Shown here: piece by piece, positions 48,201-61,307 of the stretch
How the letters are laid out: each line of letters starts with the position of its first letter
How positions within the stretch are numbered: position 1 is the stretch's first letter
Origin: Sphyrna mokarran
Taxonomy: Eukaryota
Direction of reading: 5' to 3'
Length of the DNA stretch: 64,000 nt
NCBI GenBank assembly: GCA_024679065.1
Contig: JAGIQG010000004.1
Location: forward strand, 96,348,001 to 96,412,000
Notes under the pieces: model-generated
Told to the model about the DNA's origin: nothing
The model's input: the letters and a program-made list of their open reading frames with translations, nothing else
The model's database searches: none
Made by a program: the position numbers and the translations under genes

Positions 48201-49914
48201 CTGGTGTGATACACAGTTGAATTTCAGTCTGGCACACGGTGCAACCTCACAGGGTTCAGCACATTCACACAATCAGAGAGACAGGGGCACATGAGACAAT
48301 ATTACATGGACTATTAAATGACACAACTTTACTGAGACAGACACAATGCAAATTCACATGGCTTTTATACACATAAACTATGTTGCCAGGACTAACACAA
48401 GACACAACCTAACCAGAATTGACAATATAATGCAATTACATGGGAACAGACAAACAGCACATAATCATGTGCATGGAGAGCAAACTCACATGACCAGGCA
48501 TCAATACATGCTATACAACAAGTACGAAGACACAAGAAACAACTTATAGTTGTCTCTTGGGGAAATATACACATAAAACTGATGCAAAGCTGAGGTATTG
48601 ACTACTTGCAACTTTTTAAAAAGTTGAGTACAAAGTGGTGACTACATTTACTTCTGATGTCTCATTGTTATACATTATCCGTGATCAAACCCCGTTATCT
48701 GTAAGAGGAACACCATTTTATTAGCTCCAAAACATTAAAGCAAACTTTTCAAGATACAGTCCCAGCCAGGTGATTGTTATTAATGAGTACAGCAAGGAAT
48801 TACAATGAATAAAAATGATCACAGATGTGTTTCAGTATTTTGCCTCAGGCTAATATTATTCATCAAGATCATACTATAAAGAAGATAATCAAGACTACTG
48901 CGGTGGAGATGAAACGGATTGTGACTTTATGAAGTTGTTTGTTTGGCATTACTCATGCTGAATGTGGGACAGGTAGAATCCCAGTGGGATATGTGTCCTG
49001 TTTGTAGTACCTGTCCCAGGGATGAGTGTGGTTTGTTTTTTTATATATAACAAACTATGAGGAGCAGGATTAATGCACAACTTGTTCGTCATTGCTGTCG
49101 TGTGCCTGGCACTGAGCGACAAGCTTCTAAGCTACATTGCCACTTCTTTAACATGCAAACATATCTTTTGAACTGCTTGTTGAATGAATTCTGTCGAACC
49201 AACTGCCTTTCTTAGCTAATGTGTACAGTAAGTCGAACAATTATTTTGACAGATTTACGATTCGTGTCCGGTGGCCAATAGTCAACCTGTTTCTTCCCCG
49301 TTGATTGAGAAGCGTTCACTGGAAGCGGATCCCTCTTCATCCCCCCACCCCCACCCCACCCCCTCCTATTGATGGGAACCTGGATCCCATTTAGAAAGCA
49401 CAGTTTAGCCTGAGGGCAAGTAGCCACTGCTAAAAGGAAAGTGAGTGCCCCTTTAAGGCTGCTGTCATCTGAATAACTGCTTCATCTGGGAGAGCAGGGC
49501 TTTTAATGTCAGCCTGATCTCCTGCACCCAGTCCACAGCTGGTGTAGCAGCAGGCTTCCCTACCAGACCATATGCTGTATGTACTGCTACAATTAACCTC
49601 CCAGTAAAAACCTGCACTTGCAAGTCTGTTGGCTCTAGTTTCACTGAGGTGAAAGGAATGAGCTGCCACTATTTGTTGGCATTGTTACCATAACAAAAAG
49701 TATGAAGACTGAGGAGTTTAACCTCTGTGTAATGTGGCAGCCTGCAACTCTTTCTCTATTGACAGCTGCCTGGGCAGCTATCATTTAATAGATTAGTGCT
49801 GGCCGTATTAACCCTTGAGATTCCAGTTCTGACAATTGTGACACTCAGCATCAGGTCTAACTCCCTCACACTCCAGATCAATGGCGATTGTATTATGACA
49901 GACAAACTGAGAGG

Positions 49915-50180
49915 TGAAACTCTTGGCACTGTTTCAAAATAAAGAGTTGGAGAATTATTCCTGGAGTCCCGGCCAATATTCATCCTCAATGAACAAGACA
50001 AAAACAGATCATGTTTTCATTATCGCTGCTGCTGCTTGTGGAAGCTTTTGTACAACTTGTCAGTTGTGTTTTCTACATTTTGACCGTACCTATATTTCAA
50101 ACGTACTTGATTGGTTGTAAGGTGCTTTGAGGCATCTGGTGGTGGTGGAAAGTGCCATTTAAATGTCAATCTTTCTTTCA
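49915..50180 (+). mobile_element. Deu-domain SINE (SacSINE1/AmnSINE1-like) core and tail
   Basis: tggcactgtttcaaaataaagag...gtcccggccaatattcatcctcaa...aaaacagatcat...gtacttgattggttgtaaggtgctttgagg...gaaagtgccatttaaatgtcaatctttcttt matches the recalled Deu consensus. Confidence 0.72.
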
Positions 50181-51440
50181 CAGAAAAAATGGATAACACT
50201 TTGCATGTCATTTTACTGAGTCTGTCATTTTACTGAGTCCAGGTTAACTTCCACAGAGCTTCCCGAGTGGAAAGCAGCAGAAAGCTTTCAGCCAGATCAC
50301 CTACGGTCAAGGCTGATTAGGGATTGAAGGAGCCCAAAAGGGTATTTTTCAAGTTTTCTTTTACTTTCCTTGCACAGCCTGGAACGGTGTGACTACTTAA
50401 ACCTCCCCTGACCTATGCTATCGTGGGACCCATCCCTGCAGGACCTGTCAGTAGTGCAACTCCTACCATTTAGCTGTAGTTGCCTGAGTTGCAACTTTCT
50501 GTTCACCTCCTACCCTGAATGGGTGGCCAGTCAGCTGAACGGATTTAAAATAAACATGGAATAACGTGGGCTTCATTTCTGGCTTGTTGCTGAGTTTCTC
50601 CCTGGGCTGCACTCTGTTCCTTTTCAGTGCATTCCCCGAGTCTGACTCCATAGTGTTGGTCATTTATAAATGCACAAGAAGGCATTTGCTCACCTTTATG
50701 CTATTTTATTCCTCTTTTCCTAAAAGCAGTTCCTCGTTCAGGCTTAGTTTTGCTCCCAGAAGCTCCAATCACTATTTTGAGAATTGATTGCTGCAATTCT
50801 GTTATCTTAAGTAATGACAGAAAAACAATTGAATTTTTAGAATGGAAGACAATGGGGACAAAACTCCAGAATATGACCGGAAGCCGTATGGTATGCAACC
50901 AAGACATGGCAGAATGGAAAGTCCCTAAATCATCTTAAGTTGTGCATCAAGTCTCAAGATCAAAAGCTCATAGAATGAGATAGTATGGAAGAAGGCCATG
51001 GCCCAACTTGTGTGGATCTGTTCCATACAGCTGAATAATACCTGATATTAGATGAGATGATTTCCTAGATCTCCCTCCTCATACCCAAGCTATGTTCCTT
51101 TTGGTCTTTGGAAGAAAGGAACAGATCAAGAAGCTTAATTGTAAAAAAAACCTTCAAGCCTTTGAGCTTCGACTTGCCTGCCTTGTAATTGATAGTTGCC
51201 CCCCCCTCCCCCACCTTTGGTGGAGTCCACATGCCCTTTTAAGAATTGGGATGTTGAATATCATTAGCAAACTGGCCTCTAGTAATAGACTGGATCCTAG
51301 ATTGGCTAAGAAGTGGAAAATTCCCTGTAGCCGATTATCCAACTCCTCTGCAGATAGTAATTTCAGACTAATATATACATATGTCAGCTAGATTTGTCTT
51401 ATGAATGGTGAGTATAGACATGTGTGATTAGGTTTGAATT

Positions 51441-51738
51441 ATAGAATTCTACAGTGCAGAAGAAGGCCATTCAGCCCATTAAGTTGCACCGACCACAAAC
51501 TTAGCCAATCTCCCCATAACTACATGCATTTATCCTAACTAGTCCCTCTGATACTAAGGGACAATTTAGCATGGCCATTCCACTAACCTGCACATCTTTG
51601 GACTGTGGGAGGAAACTGGAACTCCTGGAGGAAACCCATGCAGACATGGGAAGAATGTGCAAACTCCATACAGTGGGAACCGAACTGGGTCCCTGGCACT
51701 GTGAGGCGGCAGTGCTCACCACTCTGTTACTGTGCTCC
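51441..51738 (-). mobile_element. HE1-like V-SINE, CR1-type tail
   Basis: atagaattctacagtgcagaag tail; gcacatctttggactgtgggaggaaactgga V-domain. Confidence 0.84.
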
Positions 51739-52789
51739 CCCTATGCCTAGTGAGAACTTACTTGTAGAACATCAGACTAGAGAGTGAATGATAACTCATA
51801 TTAATGTAAAATAATGAAGAGTGAGTGCATAATTTTATAGTAGATACTGAACTCACTCAGTGAGTGGTGAGTAGAAGTTTATATGAACATGAAACTGAGT
51901 TCATCGTATGGATTGTACTGACTTGTATGAAAGTGGCTCTATGTGCATTTGTATGGGTACTGAGTCCAGGCTTGTATGAGTGTGACTGATTGTATAGAAC
52001 TCAGACAGGTAGAGCATGAATGTGAGTCACCATGTGGATATCAAATGTAAACTCTTTGCAATAACTTTAAAGGTGACTCAATTTACCTTTAAATTATGAA
52101 AGGTTCATTATCAACAATATTGACATATGTGCAAGCAATAGGCTACTGAACTAGTACACATCTAATTTCTTCTCTCTGGCTGCAACTGAGATCCCTCCCC
52201 GATCTGGGACATGCAGCCTTACACCCAATTGACTGAGCTTTTCCCGTAGGGTTCAGCCCAATCACATGGCCCTCAGGGCTCACTCCCTTAAAAGGGCCAC
52301 ACTACCAAACTCTTATAAGGTCGAGCAGGAATTTCAAGGTAAATCTTTTATCATTTTATGAAAATAAATGAAAACTGACATTATTTTTTGTGTGGATGCA
52401 CCCCTTGGCCTGTAGCAGTCTGAACACTTAAACACCTTCTGTTTGCTTCTGCTCTGCTAAGATTTCTGGTTTCTAAAGTATGACAGAGGATTAAAGCTAT
52501 CCCAGCACCAGAGACAGTTTGTATTTGTTAAGAGAAAACTTTTGGAGATCTGGAAAACTGCCAACATTGAAAATAAATGCACAAAAACACAAATATTCTT
52601 TCTATGTGGCACAAATATGCATGGCAAACTTTAGTTGGATTCATGCATCAGGGATAGATGCTTTTGGTACTTATTTTTTGCAAGATTACACTGCTTATTT
52701 TTGTTCTTTAGTTTGTTTGTCTTCCTATCAAAATAAAGCAAATATTTTGTGATTATTAAGCTCAATAAACTGGGGGCATCCAGTAGAAA

Positions 52790-53430
52790 GGTGCACATAC
52801 AATGATGGCATTTAATTTTGGCTCTGATGTTACTCCTCCTACCCCCCTCCAACCTCTGTGTCCATAACTTCTACATTGTTTCAATAAAGCTCAAAGCAAA
52901 CTTGATGAGCAGCACCTCAACTTTCGATAATATGTTATACAGCCTTCCAGCTTCAACATTGAGTTCAATAACTTTAGATCATTACCACTGTTCCCATTAG
53001 CTCAAGGAAAAAGGTTGGTTTTACTGTAATGATTTGAAATATCATAACATTCAAAGAAAGGGACAAGCACAGGAAAATGGGATTAGTGAGCCTTTAGTGA
53101 TATTTACTTTTGGTGCAGACTCAATGTGCTGAAGAGCCGTTTCTGTGCTGTACGACCTATGGACCAATCTTCCATTCCTTTACCTGTCCCTTTTGCCTTG
53201 CACCATCCTCTTTGTTTTCGGTCATGCCTGCTATCCACCCTATCACAGACCGTCCAAATTATTCTTTCCTCCCATCATCTCATCCATAACCTTTCTTTTG
53301 ACTCTCCACTTGCTTGAGAACTGTTACATTTCTATCTTCTTCTAATTTTGCAGAAAGGTTGTAATTCTGAAATGTTAGATATGTTTCCGTACATTTTACC
53401 TGACTAGAATATCTCCAGAGACTTTCTCCT
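52790..53430 (+). mobile_element. Penelope-like element 3' fragment (GIY-YIG C-terminus, 3' UTR, decayed terminal repeat) with a small CR1 tail insert (~53060-53160)
   Basis: 52870-52980 translates LHCFNKAQSKLDEQHLNFR*YVIQPSSFNIEFNNFR, like the PLE endonuclease end (RKL.EQ.LI..L.TL.P.GLN). Pyrimidine-rich UTR follows. Confidence 0.7.
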
Positions 53431-53694
53431 TCTACTACCAAACGTATAATCAAAGAAGTTATCACAAAATGATTACACTTTTTGCTCAAATGCTGACTAA
53501 TTAGTTTTAATAGGAAAACATTTCAGATTGGTGGATCATTAAGACCCACCTTACCAAGAGTATAACTTTTTTGGCGTACCTGACTCAATACCACACTACA
53601 TAGTTTTATTATCTATTGAGCTATTGAAGCAGACTTGAATAGAACATTTTCAATCAATAGCGGGGGTTATCTGTGCAATGAAACTAACAGATAG

Positions 53695-54052
53695 ATAAAT
53701 AGAACATAAAACACAGCATGGCACAGGGACAGGTCCTTAGCCCATGATATTGTGTCGAACATAACACCAAATTAAATTAATTCCTTCTGTCTGCCCTTGG
53801 CCGTATCCTTGCATATCATGTGCTTATCTAAAAGCCCTTACACATCCCAATTGTATCTGCCTCCATGGCTACTCCAGACAGCACTCTTCAGACACTTACC
53901 ACTCTCTGGGTGAATCCCCTCACATCTCTTTTGAACTTTTCCCCTCTCACTTTAAGTGCATGCCCCTTTGTATTAGACATTTCAACTCTGGGAAAAAGAT
54001 TCTGATTCTCAACTGTATCTATGCTTCTCATGATTTTATAGACTTCTATCAG
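53695..54052 (-). mobile_element. CR1 LINE 3' fragment
   Basis: atagaacataaaacacagca tail; minus strand encodes LIEVYKIMRSIDTVENQNLFPRVEMSNTKGHALKVRG. Confidence 0.85.
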
Positions 54053-55249
54053 GTAAGAATTGTTTCCGTGTAAAAGATGTGTCCCATGTAAATGGTGTGT
54101 CCCCTGTACAAGTTGTGTAGCACCTATATGAGGAACATATGTCTCTATTATAAGGGATATATGACTCTTGTACGTACGGTTTCTGTCATACGTATGACAT
54201 ACAGATCACTCATCCATTTTGAGTTTTAACTCCAAATGTCATGTGGAATGTGGAAAAAAGATATTTGAACAGCACTTTTTCAAAAAACTCCCACGTGTCT
54301 TGATAAGCGTAACAATACTTTGTCCAGTCAGCTGCTAACTCATAACAACCTCCGATTAACCAACCATCACCCTATGTGTGCAGTGCTGTTCTCCAATCAG
54401 CCCTTGACCTTTTCTAAGTGTATGCTAATAGATGTTAACTTCCTGTTAATTTCTGATTTGAGGCTTTAATTGACGTTCACTATAGGCTCTTCATGAATTT
54501 TTAACAAGTGTTTATTCTTTGTCTGACAATAATTAATGCATAATTAATATTTAAACATTGCCTATTTTATGAAAATGAACATCTGATTTATTTTAATTTT
54601 AAAATTCCATGTGTTTGAGTCTTGAGTTATTAAAAGGATATCCAAATAGTTTGAAATTCTAAGCAATGATTTGAAATGGAGTGGGTATAAAAGTGATGTC
54701 TGAATATTGGGAAACTCCCCTCATGCATCCCCCCCACCCTTTTGTTAGGCTCCTTATCTTTGGCAAGAGGTAGTGGGAGTGTGGTGGGGTGGGGTGGGTG
54801 GGGGGAGGCATCCGATTACACAAAGCAATGAATGTGGACTTAAGTAGCACTTTCTGTCAATACTTTACTATTAACCTCCTTGGATCTATATACAATGGCA
54901 TGACTGGCATGGATGCTTTTCTCTGTCACACGCAGACTTGGTGTGATTTAGTACAAGTCCTGGGTTAATGAGCTGTGGAGGACAGCCAAGACCCCAGGGA
55001 AGCACTCATCCAAAAACAGGTTTGAGCAGGAGCAAGTGATAATCCATAGCACGACGTAAAAAAACAGGCATAGCCTCAGCCGTCACTTGTCGAGATTGCC
55101 TGGAACAACTTTCCCTATTCCATCTGACACAGAGGACATTTTACACTAAAACCACCTCTCAGAGCAAACAGTGGCAGGAACTTTAAAACCACATCAGCAT
55201 GCTGGGAGTGATGAACAATCAAAGAAGTTTAAATGCCCCCAGTCTGATC

Positions 55250-55520
55250 CCCTCACATTGGTAGCACACGACTACATAATATCAACATTTGTAGAGAAAG
55301 ATTTAAAAGGATGATAGCTGTGAGATTATCACTGTCATGAAAGGATGGAAAGGCCACATCTTTTCTTTCTTGAAAAGATAAAGCTGTCTGGTGACCTAAT
55401 ACATCTTTCAAATTATAAAAGGTTTGATAGAATCCTCTAGGGGTGGTCAAATGCTCTGAACCTTAGAGATATAAGATAATCTTCAGACATTTGAGAGCCA
55501 CAAGACATAGAAACCTTTAA
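55250..55520 (-). mobile_element. Decayed CR1 C-terminal fragment
   Basis: Minus strand encodes RGFYQTFYNLKDVLG plus gtagtcgtgtgctaccaatg remnants. Confidence 0.45.
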
Positions 55521-55599
55521 AGTCACGTTTTTATTAATATTGTTTTAAATAAGATGATACTGATGGTTATCAGACAGAGGCAGGAGCCTTGTGTAGCTC

Positions 55600-57390
55600 T
55601 GTCCTGGACATGTCTTTGAGAATCTGCCTGATATATTGTCAAAATAATACAAAGGAGCTTGGTCAGGTGATGATTTCTAAGGGCTGTTCGATGTTTCAAT
55701 TTTATGAATTTCATCAGAGAGCACACCAATTCACAGCAGTATGCTGTGCCAAAAATTAAAATAAAATTGCATACTAATCATCTTGAATTGAGAATGCTAC
55801 ATCCTGGCGCTTGCTTTCAGAACTCTATTGAGATTTATGCACCATCTTTAAACCCTGATCCTCCTTAATTCCAAAAGTTTCATTCCTACAGCAGACGTTT
55901 CAGTATCCAAGGGTTTAAAAATCCTTCAACCATCTTGATCACATGAACCATGAATGGGTTTACAAGAAAAGCAAAATAGGACCTCAGCTTCTGCAAGGCA
56001 TCAAACCAGGAACAAAGGTCATCCAGCAAAACTTAGAATTTATCTTTCATTCTTCCAGTTTGTACCTTCTATTACAATTTCACAAAATGTGTTTATCCAA
56101 CTCTTAAGGTGAGGGAAGAGGCTGAAGTTTTTTGACAGTGGATCTCTTTGTAGAAGCTTTACCTCATTCGGAAAGCTGAGAAGTGTCTGAACAAAGTCAA
56201 AAATAACTTTACCCTTCAGCTGGAATGCCAGGTTGAGAGCTTGCAGGTGTTACATTATATCAGTACAAGACAACAGACCTGCATTCATTTATCATCTTCT
56301 ACTTGTGGCTAAGCAATGTTAGGCTCCAACAGGTCAATAAACAAATTTAAGGCATTGGTGCTCAATGACTAGCTCAAAGTACAATAAAAACAAATATCAT
56401 TAGGCATGTCATCAAGATACAGCTCTTCAATGAAAGTTCTGAGCTGTCAGTGTATTTGAACAGATAGAATTGACAATTTCTTGGACAGTTTTCATTACAC
56501 TTTTGTTCTTGAAGTACTTGCTTTCTAAATGATTGCAATGAATCATGCAGTGAAGACAGCGAAACTCTGGAAATTTGGAGTCACTTTTCAAGAGTCTAAC
56601 GCTTCAAGCCTATATTTTTCTTACAATGCATATGCTCCATTCACTGCTACGCAGACAAATATTTTCATTGGAACTTCAGCATCTGTCAGTGCTTTGTCAA
56701 CTGTGTTCTTTACGTCAATACCGCAAATGGTTTCTTTTGACGATACTAAGTCCAACATTTCTCTTTAACAGTTATATCCATGGAAATATAATAAGCAAAT
56801 ATTGGGAGCTGTGGATTATCTTACATACCTGTGGATTCCTCTAAAGCTAAGCTGAATCTAAAGAATTCTTCCGATCTTTTTGCATCTTGCTTGCAATATC
56901 AGCGTTGATCTTGGAAATGTGTCTCCCGATTGTATGGCACAAAATTGGAGTGTCTGTTGTGGGTTGCTGAAGTTTTGTCTTTTTTTGGATCTAACATCAC
57001 AACCATCTCAGTGATATTCTGCTTGATGGATTCTCTAACATGAATGCTCAGCACAGGCGATATTCCACGATCTTGCAAAGTTAACTTTAGTCATTCAGGC
57101 AGTCTCCTTACTGAAAGCTGAAGGTAAAGTCTGCTGGCTATTGAGACAAGATTTAACATGGCTAACTTGTTTTACTCTGATTCTGACTTGGGAGGATCAT
57201 TCTTGTTTCATGGTGATATTTCAAGTTACTAGCTTTGTAGTGAATGAATGAAACAGTGCAATAAGGCTCGTGGTTTTCCTCCCTTTAACCGTGAAGGCAA
57301 AACCTTCCTCCCATTCATGTTTAAGATTTTCCTCCCTATACAACCTCTTATAGCTTTCTTATAATTTGACATTGTCATTTTCATCCACAA
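55600..57390 (-). mobile_element. hAT-Charlie (GTF2IRD2/SPIN-like) transposase fossil
   Basis: Minus strand: HYKASNLKYHHET (~57220), FSLALEESTG..DNPQLPIFA (~56840), VAVNGA, HLQALNLAFQ (~56240), IFGTAYCCELVCSLMKFIKLKHRTALRNHHL (dimerisation domain, ORF 55523-55729). Confidence 0.85.
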
Positions 57391-58065
57391 AGCTTATGCA
57401 GTGTTTGTGGGTGTAGACCTCTCACAAATGTTCAGCTTTGCTGTGTGTTTGGCTCTCTCTAACTTTCAGCATTTTTCCCTGCTCACTTTCCAGGTTTCCT
57501 TCACACACAATCCAGGCAGTGCTGAAAACAAATTGACTTCATAAAGACACATCAAAGCTATCCCATGCTCAGTGCTTATCTGACTATTGCAGTCTTGCTC
57601 TTCCAATGCAGACAATCAGTCCAGTGTTCAAAAGAAAGTTGGAACCACCTACTGAACAAAAAATCTGAATGACAATACCTGTGCCCCAATGTAACGGACA
57701 TTCATCTTTTTCTCTCTGTGCTGTGTTAAACTGTTTGCTCCCTTTTTTCGGATATAAGTTTCAAGTTGGAGAGTTAACAGTGAGAGGGTGGATTAGGGAG
57801 CTGGACAGATGGCTCCCAAATAGAGTTGATCACGCTCGTCACATGAGCCTACATTAACCCAGTAGGAACTCCTCAGTACTGCTGCCTGCTCTCCCATTCT
57901 TGTCTGTGAAGCTGCTCATGGCTATCTTTGAATGCCTCATTCCTTTTTTGGATACCCTCAAAAAAAGCTTCCTGCAGGATTTTCAAAATGGCAGGGTCAT
58001 AAATCAGATGGGAACCACACTTCACGTGTAGAAGATATGCAGGCAGCGCTTGAGAGTGGTTTGGC

Positions 58066-58170
58066 CACCTGATGAAAGAAAAGATGGGTCTTGCTCTGAA
58101 GTCCCATAATTCCAAATAAACCTGGTGGACTTTAATCTGGTGTTATGAGGCTTTTTACTGTTCCCACACC
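58066..58170 (+). mobile_element. Solo Penelope pLTR-like arm with a decayed hammerhead
   Basis: cacctgatga at 58066, then ccaaataaacctggtggactttaatctggtgttatgaggctttttactg. GAAA box lost. Confidence 0.65.
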
Positions 58171-58239
58171 ATGCCATTTTGTGAAGAAAAGATCCATTGC
58201 TTTTGCACCTCAACCCTTGAACAGAGCTGAAAGTAACTA

Positions 58240-59840
58240 AGCAGAGATTAAAAGAGAAACATTAAGGATCATCATTGGAGTAAAGAAATTCCATCAATTC
58301 CTGTACAGGAAGAGAATTTACATTGCAGACAGGTCATCATCCGTTAATGACCATTTTTGGACCAGATATGTGAATTCTGTCACTTGTAGCAAGTAGAATG
58401 CAAAAATGGGGATTGCTTTTGTCTGCACATCTTTACACCATTAGCTACTATCAGTCAAATCTATATTGTAATATGGATAGACTTTGAGGCTTATTACCAG
58501 ATCAGTCGTCAAACTGCTGAAGCGGGAATATCTTCTACTTTGAACAAGAAGACAATACACCAGTCACTTCTAGACAAGTGAGGACACACTGGGATCAATC
58601 TGAAACTGTGAGGGCAGTTTGAAGGTCATATGATCTTGGTAATGGTTGATGCTCACACTAAGTGGCCAGAGGTTGCTGTGGTGAAATCTACTTCATTGGA
58701 GAACACTATTGAGAAACTAGGAAAAGTATTTAGTCAGTTTGGATTCCTTAAACAAATAGTAAGTGTAACAGGCCCCAATTTATCTCAAAAGAATTTGAAA
58801 ATTTCTTACAAGAAAATGGTATTCGACATATTAGGTCCACACTGTATCATCCCATTAGCAATGCACTAGCAGAGCATTTTGTCCAAACCATGAAAGATAC
58901 CTGGACAGCAATCAGAGGACAAGATTCATTGATCAAACATCTTAACAGATTCCTACTAGTGCATAAGAATACAGCACATTCCATGACAAAGTCTTCTATT
59001 GCATTACTAATAGTGAAGAAACAACTACAGTTGGCATTTGGCCTGTTGAAATCTCCAAATATAGTAGGAATTGTACAACAGCAACAACAAGGACAAAAGG
59101 AATGAATGGAAAGCAAATCAAAGCATAGAGATTGCCACTGAAGACAAAGAGTTTTGGTTAGAAATTATTCCTCAGGAGGACAATGGATTTCTGCCACAAT
59201 CCTTGCACGGATTGAACCTATTATCTTATAGTGTTCAGACCAGAAATGATATTACCTGGAGAAGCCATGATGATCAGCTGTTTGCTGGGAGAACAGATCC
59301 ACCGGAATTGGAACCTGCTGAGGATCCACAATCGACTATACAAAGTCCTGACCTGAACCGCCCTTTAACAACCCAACACCAACAGAGGAAAGCAACACCT
59401 TGTTAACACTTCAGTCATTAAGACAAACTCTAATGCCAGTCAAACTAACACATTAGTGGAAAGACGAAGGATGAAAATGCCAGAGATTAGCACTGTTGCA
59501 GAGCGAAGATGCCAGATGTTCATTGCCAACCATTCCAAAAACCATAACCTCTAGACCGGCTTACTTATTGACAATGATTTACTTACTGATTATTGTTTAT
59601 GTTGATCTTGATTTGAATTTGTTGGGAATGTTCATTTTAAGGGGAAGGAAATATTACGTATTTGTATTCATTCTTGTTGTCTTATTGAGCTCTGCTGCAT
59701 TAAGGTGTTCATGTATTTACTGGAAGTGATGTCACAAGTCTCTCATGTGGAGAAACTGGCAGAGAAGAATCATCCATATTAGAGAACACACACCTGTAAA
59801 CACCTGTAAATTGTTTTAATTCTCTGTGTCCCGAGTACGG
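58240..59840 (+). mobile_element. Ty3/Gypsy LTR retrotransposon remnant (RNase H, integrase, PPT, probable 3' LTR)
   Basis: IIGVKKFHQFLY, ASRMQKWGLLLS, LVMVDAHTKWPEV, SKEFENFLQENGIRH..YHPISNALAEHFVQTMK; polypurine tract ttaaggggaagga at ~59637. Confidence 0.85.
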
Positions 59841-61020
59841 CATTAATTCCAATATCCAAAAGCTATTATTAAGTGATTATCAACAACCCCATCCAATGCA
59901 ATGTTTATCATTAATTGTAGTTTAGTGTAGTCTCTTTGCTGATAGTTTAGGATTACATGCGACCTTATGTATCAAATAATGTTTATTGTTAATAATTTAA
60001 TTTGCCACGAGCTTGGCATGAGTACCAGTCATGTTTACTGAGTGGTGTGTTGAGAGGGAAGGACAAAGTATAACAGAACTTCAAACTAATTCAAGAGCAG
60101 AAACTTAGTGGATTTAATTTAAGTTTTAAAAATAGCAGCAAGTATGAACTTATTACATAACACAAGCAGAAGTTCCACACATTTCTTGTTTCAGTAGTCA
60201 ATCATGAAATCTCTTCTCACTCTGCAGGAGTAAATGGTAGACAACACAAGGAAGGGAGTAAGACCAGGGAGGAGCACTCAGTATTGTAATCTTACAGTGC
60301 TATTTAACATAACTAATGAAAAAGATTTCTTGGCTTCCCCCAATTACAATCGCTTTCATGTTGCCAGATTCTGCAATACACAGCAAGCTACAATGATGTG
60401 AATATATCCATATTGCTGTTAGTCCCTGGCTGAACAAGGCATCTGAACCTTTGCTTCAATAGTCCAACAGTGTGGTCTCTGATATACCTGGTGACCAACA
60501 GCTTCTATTGTTCCTGAGCTATTCAAGTATTGTAGGGTTACAGGAGAATGTCGTCAACCAGCTGAGTAAGAGTCAGCAAGAAATCACCTTCAGATATTCT
60601 TGAAAGGGAGAAGCGAACGGACATTGCAGAATGAAAGTGATCACATTAACTGCTCAGAGTATCTGTAGAAATGTATAGTTTCTTCTACAATGAATGCACC
60701 CTAATTTGAAGTTAATAGAATAAAAACCCTCCCTCACAGAGTAGCTAATTATTGGCCTTTATGTCTCCAAGAGTGCAATCTATTATAGCAGGAGTGCAAA
60801 GGAAGTTAGCCACTGCTGCAGATGCCAAAGCTTCCTTGTTCCAAATGTTCTTGTCCATGGGTAGGGTGATGTATTGATTGGCCCTGGCTGATGGGAAATT
60901 GGTGTGATGGTGACATGCAACTATGAACTTCATATTGAAAGTAGACTGGAAGGAACCCCAGGGAAAAAAATTCAGGACAGTGGTGCTTTGATAACCAGGG
61001 AGCAGGTCTTGTTGTAAGAA

Positions 61021-61307
61021 TTTTTTAAAAGTTAATTTATTAGTCACAAGTAAAACTTACATTAACACTGCAATGAAGTTACTATAAAAATTCCCTAGTC
61101 GCCACAGATCAGCGTCTGTTCAGGTCAATGCACCTAACCAGCACATCTTTCAGAACTTGAGAGGAAACTGGAGCATCTAGAGGAAACCTATGCAGACATG
61201 AGGAGAATGTGCAAATTCCACACAGACAGTGACCCAAGCCAAGAATTGAAGCAAGGTCGCTGGTGTAGTGAGGCATCAATGCTAACTACTGTGCCACTGT
61301 GCCATCC
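61021..61307 (-). mobile_element. V-SINE with alternative tail
   Basis: atttattagtcacaagtaaaacttacattaacactgcaatgaagttact tail with the standard V-domain and head. Confidence 0.82.

Noticed and set aside
54770-54810. G-quadruplex-capable tract (also C-tract at ~49341-49365)
   Set aside because: Simple G/C runs are common and there is no supporting context.
58630-59105. Domesticated integrase gene
   Set aside because: Frameshifts and loss of the second catalytic Asp motif (SVTGP in place of SDNGP) indicate a decayed Gypsy copy.
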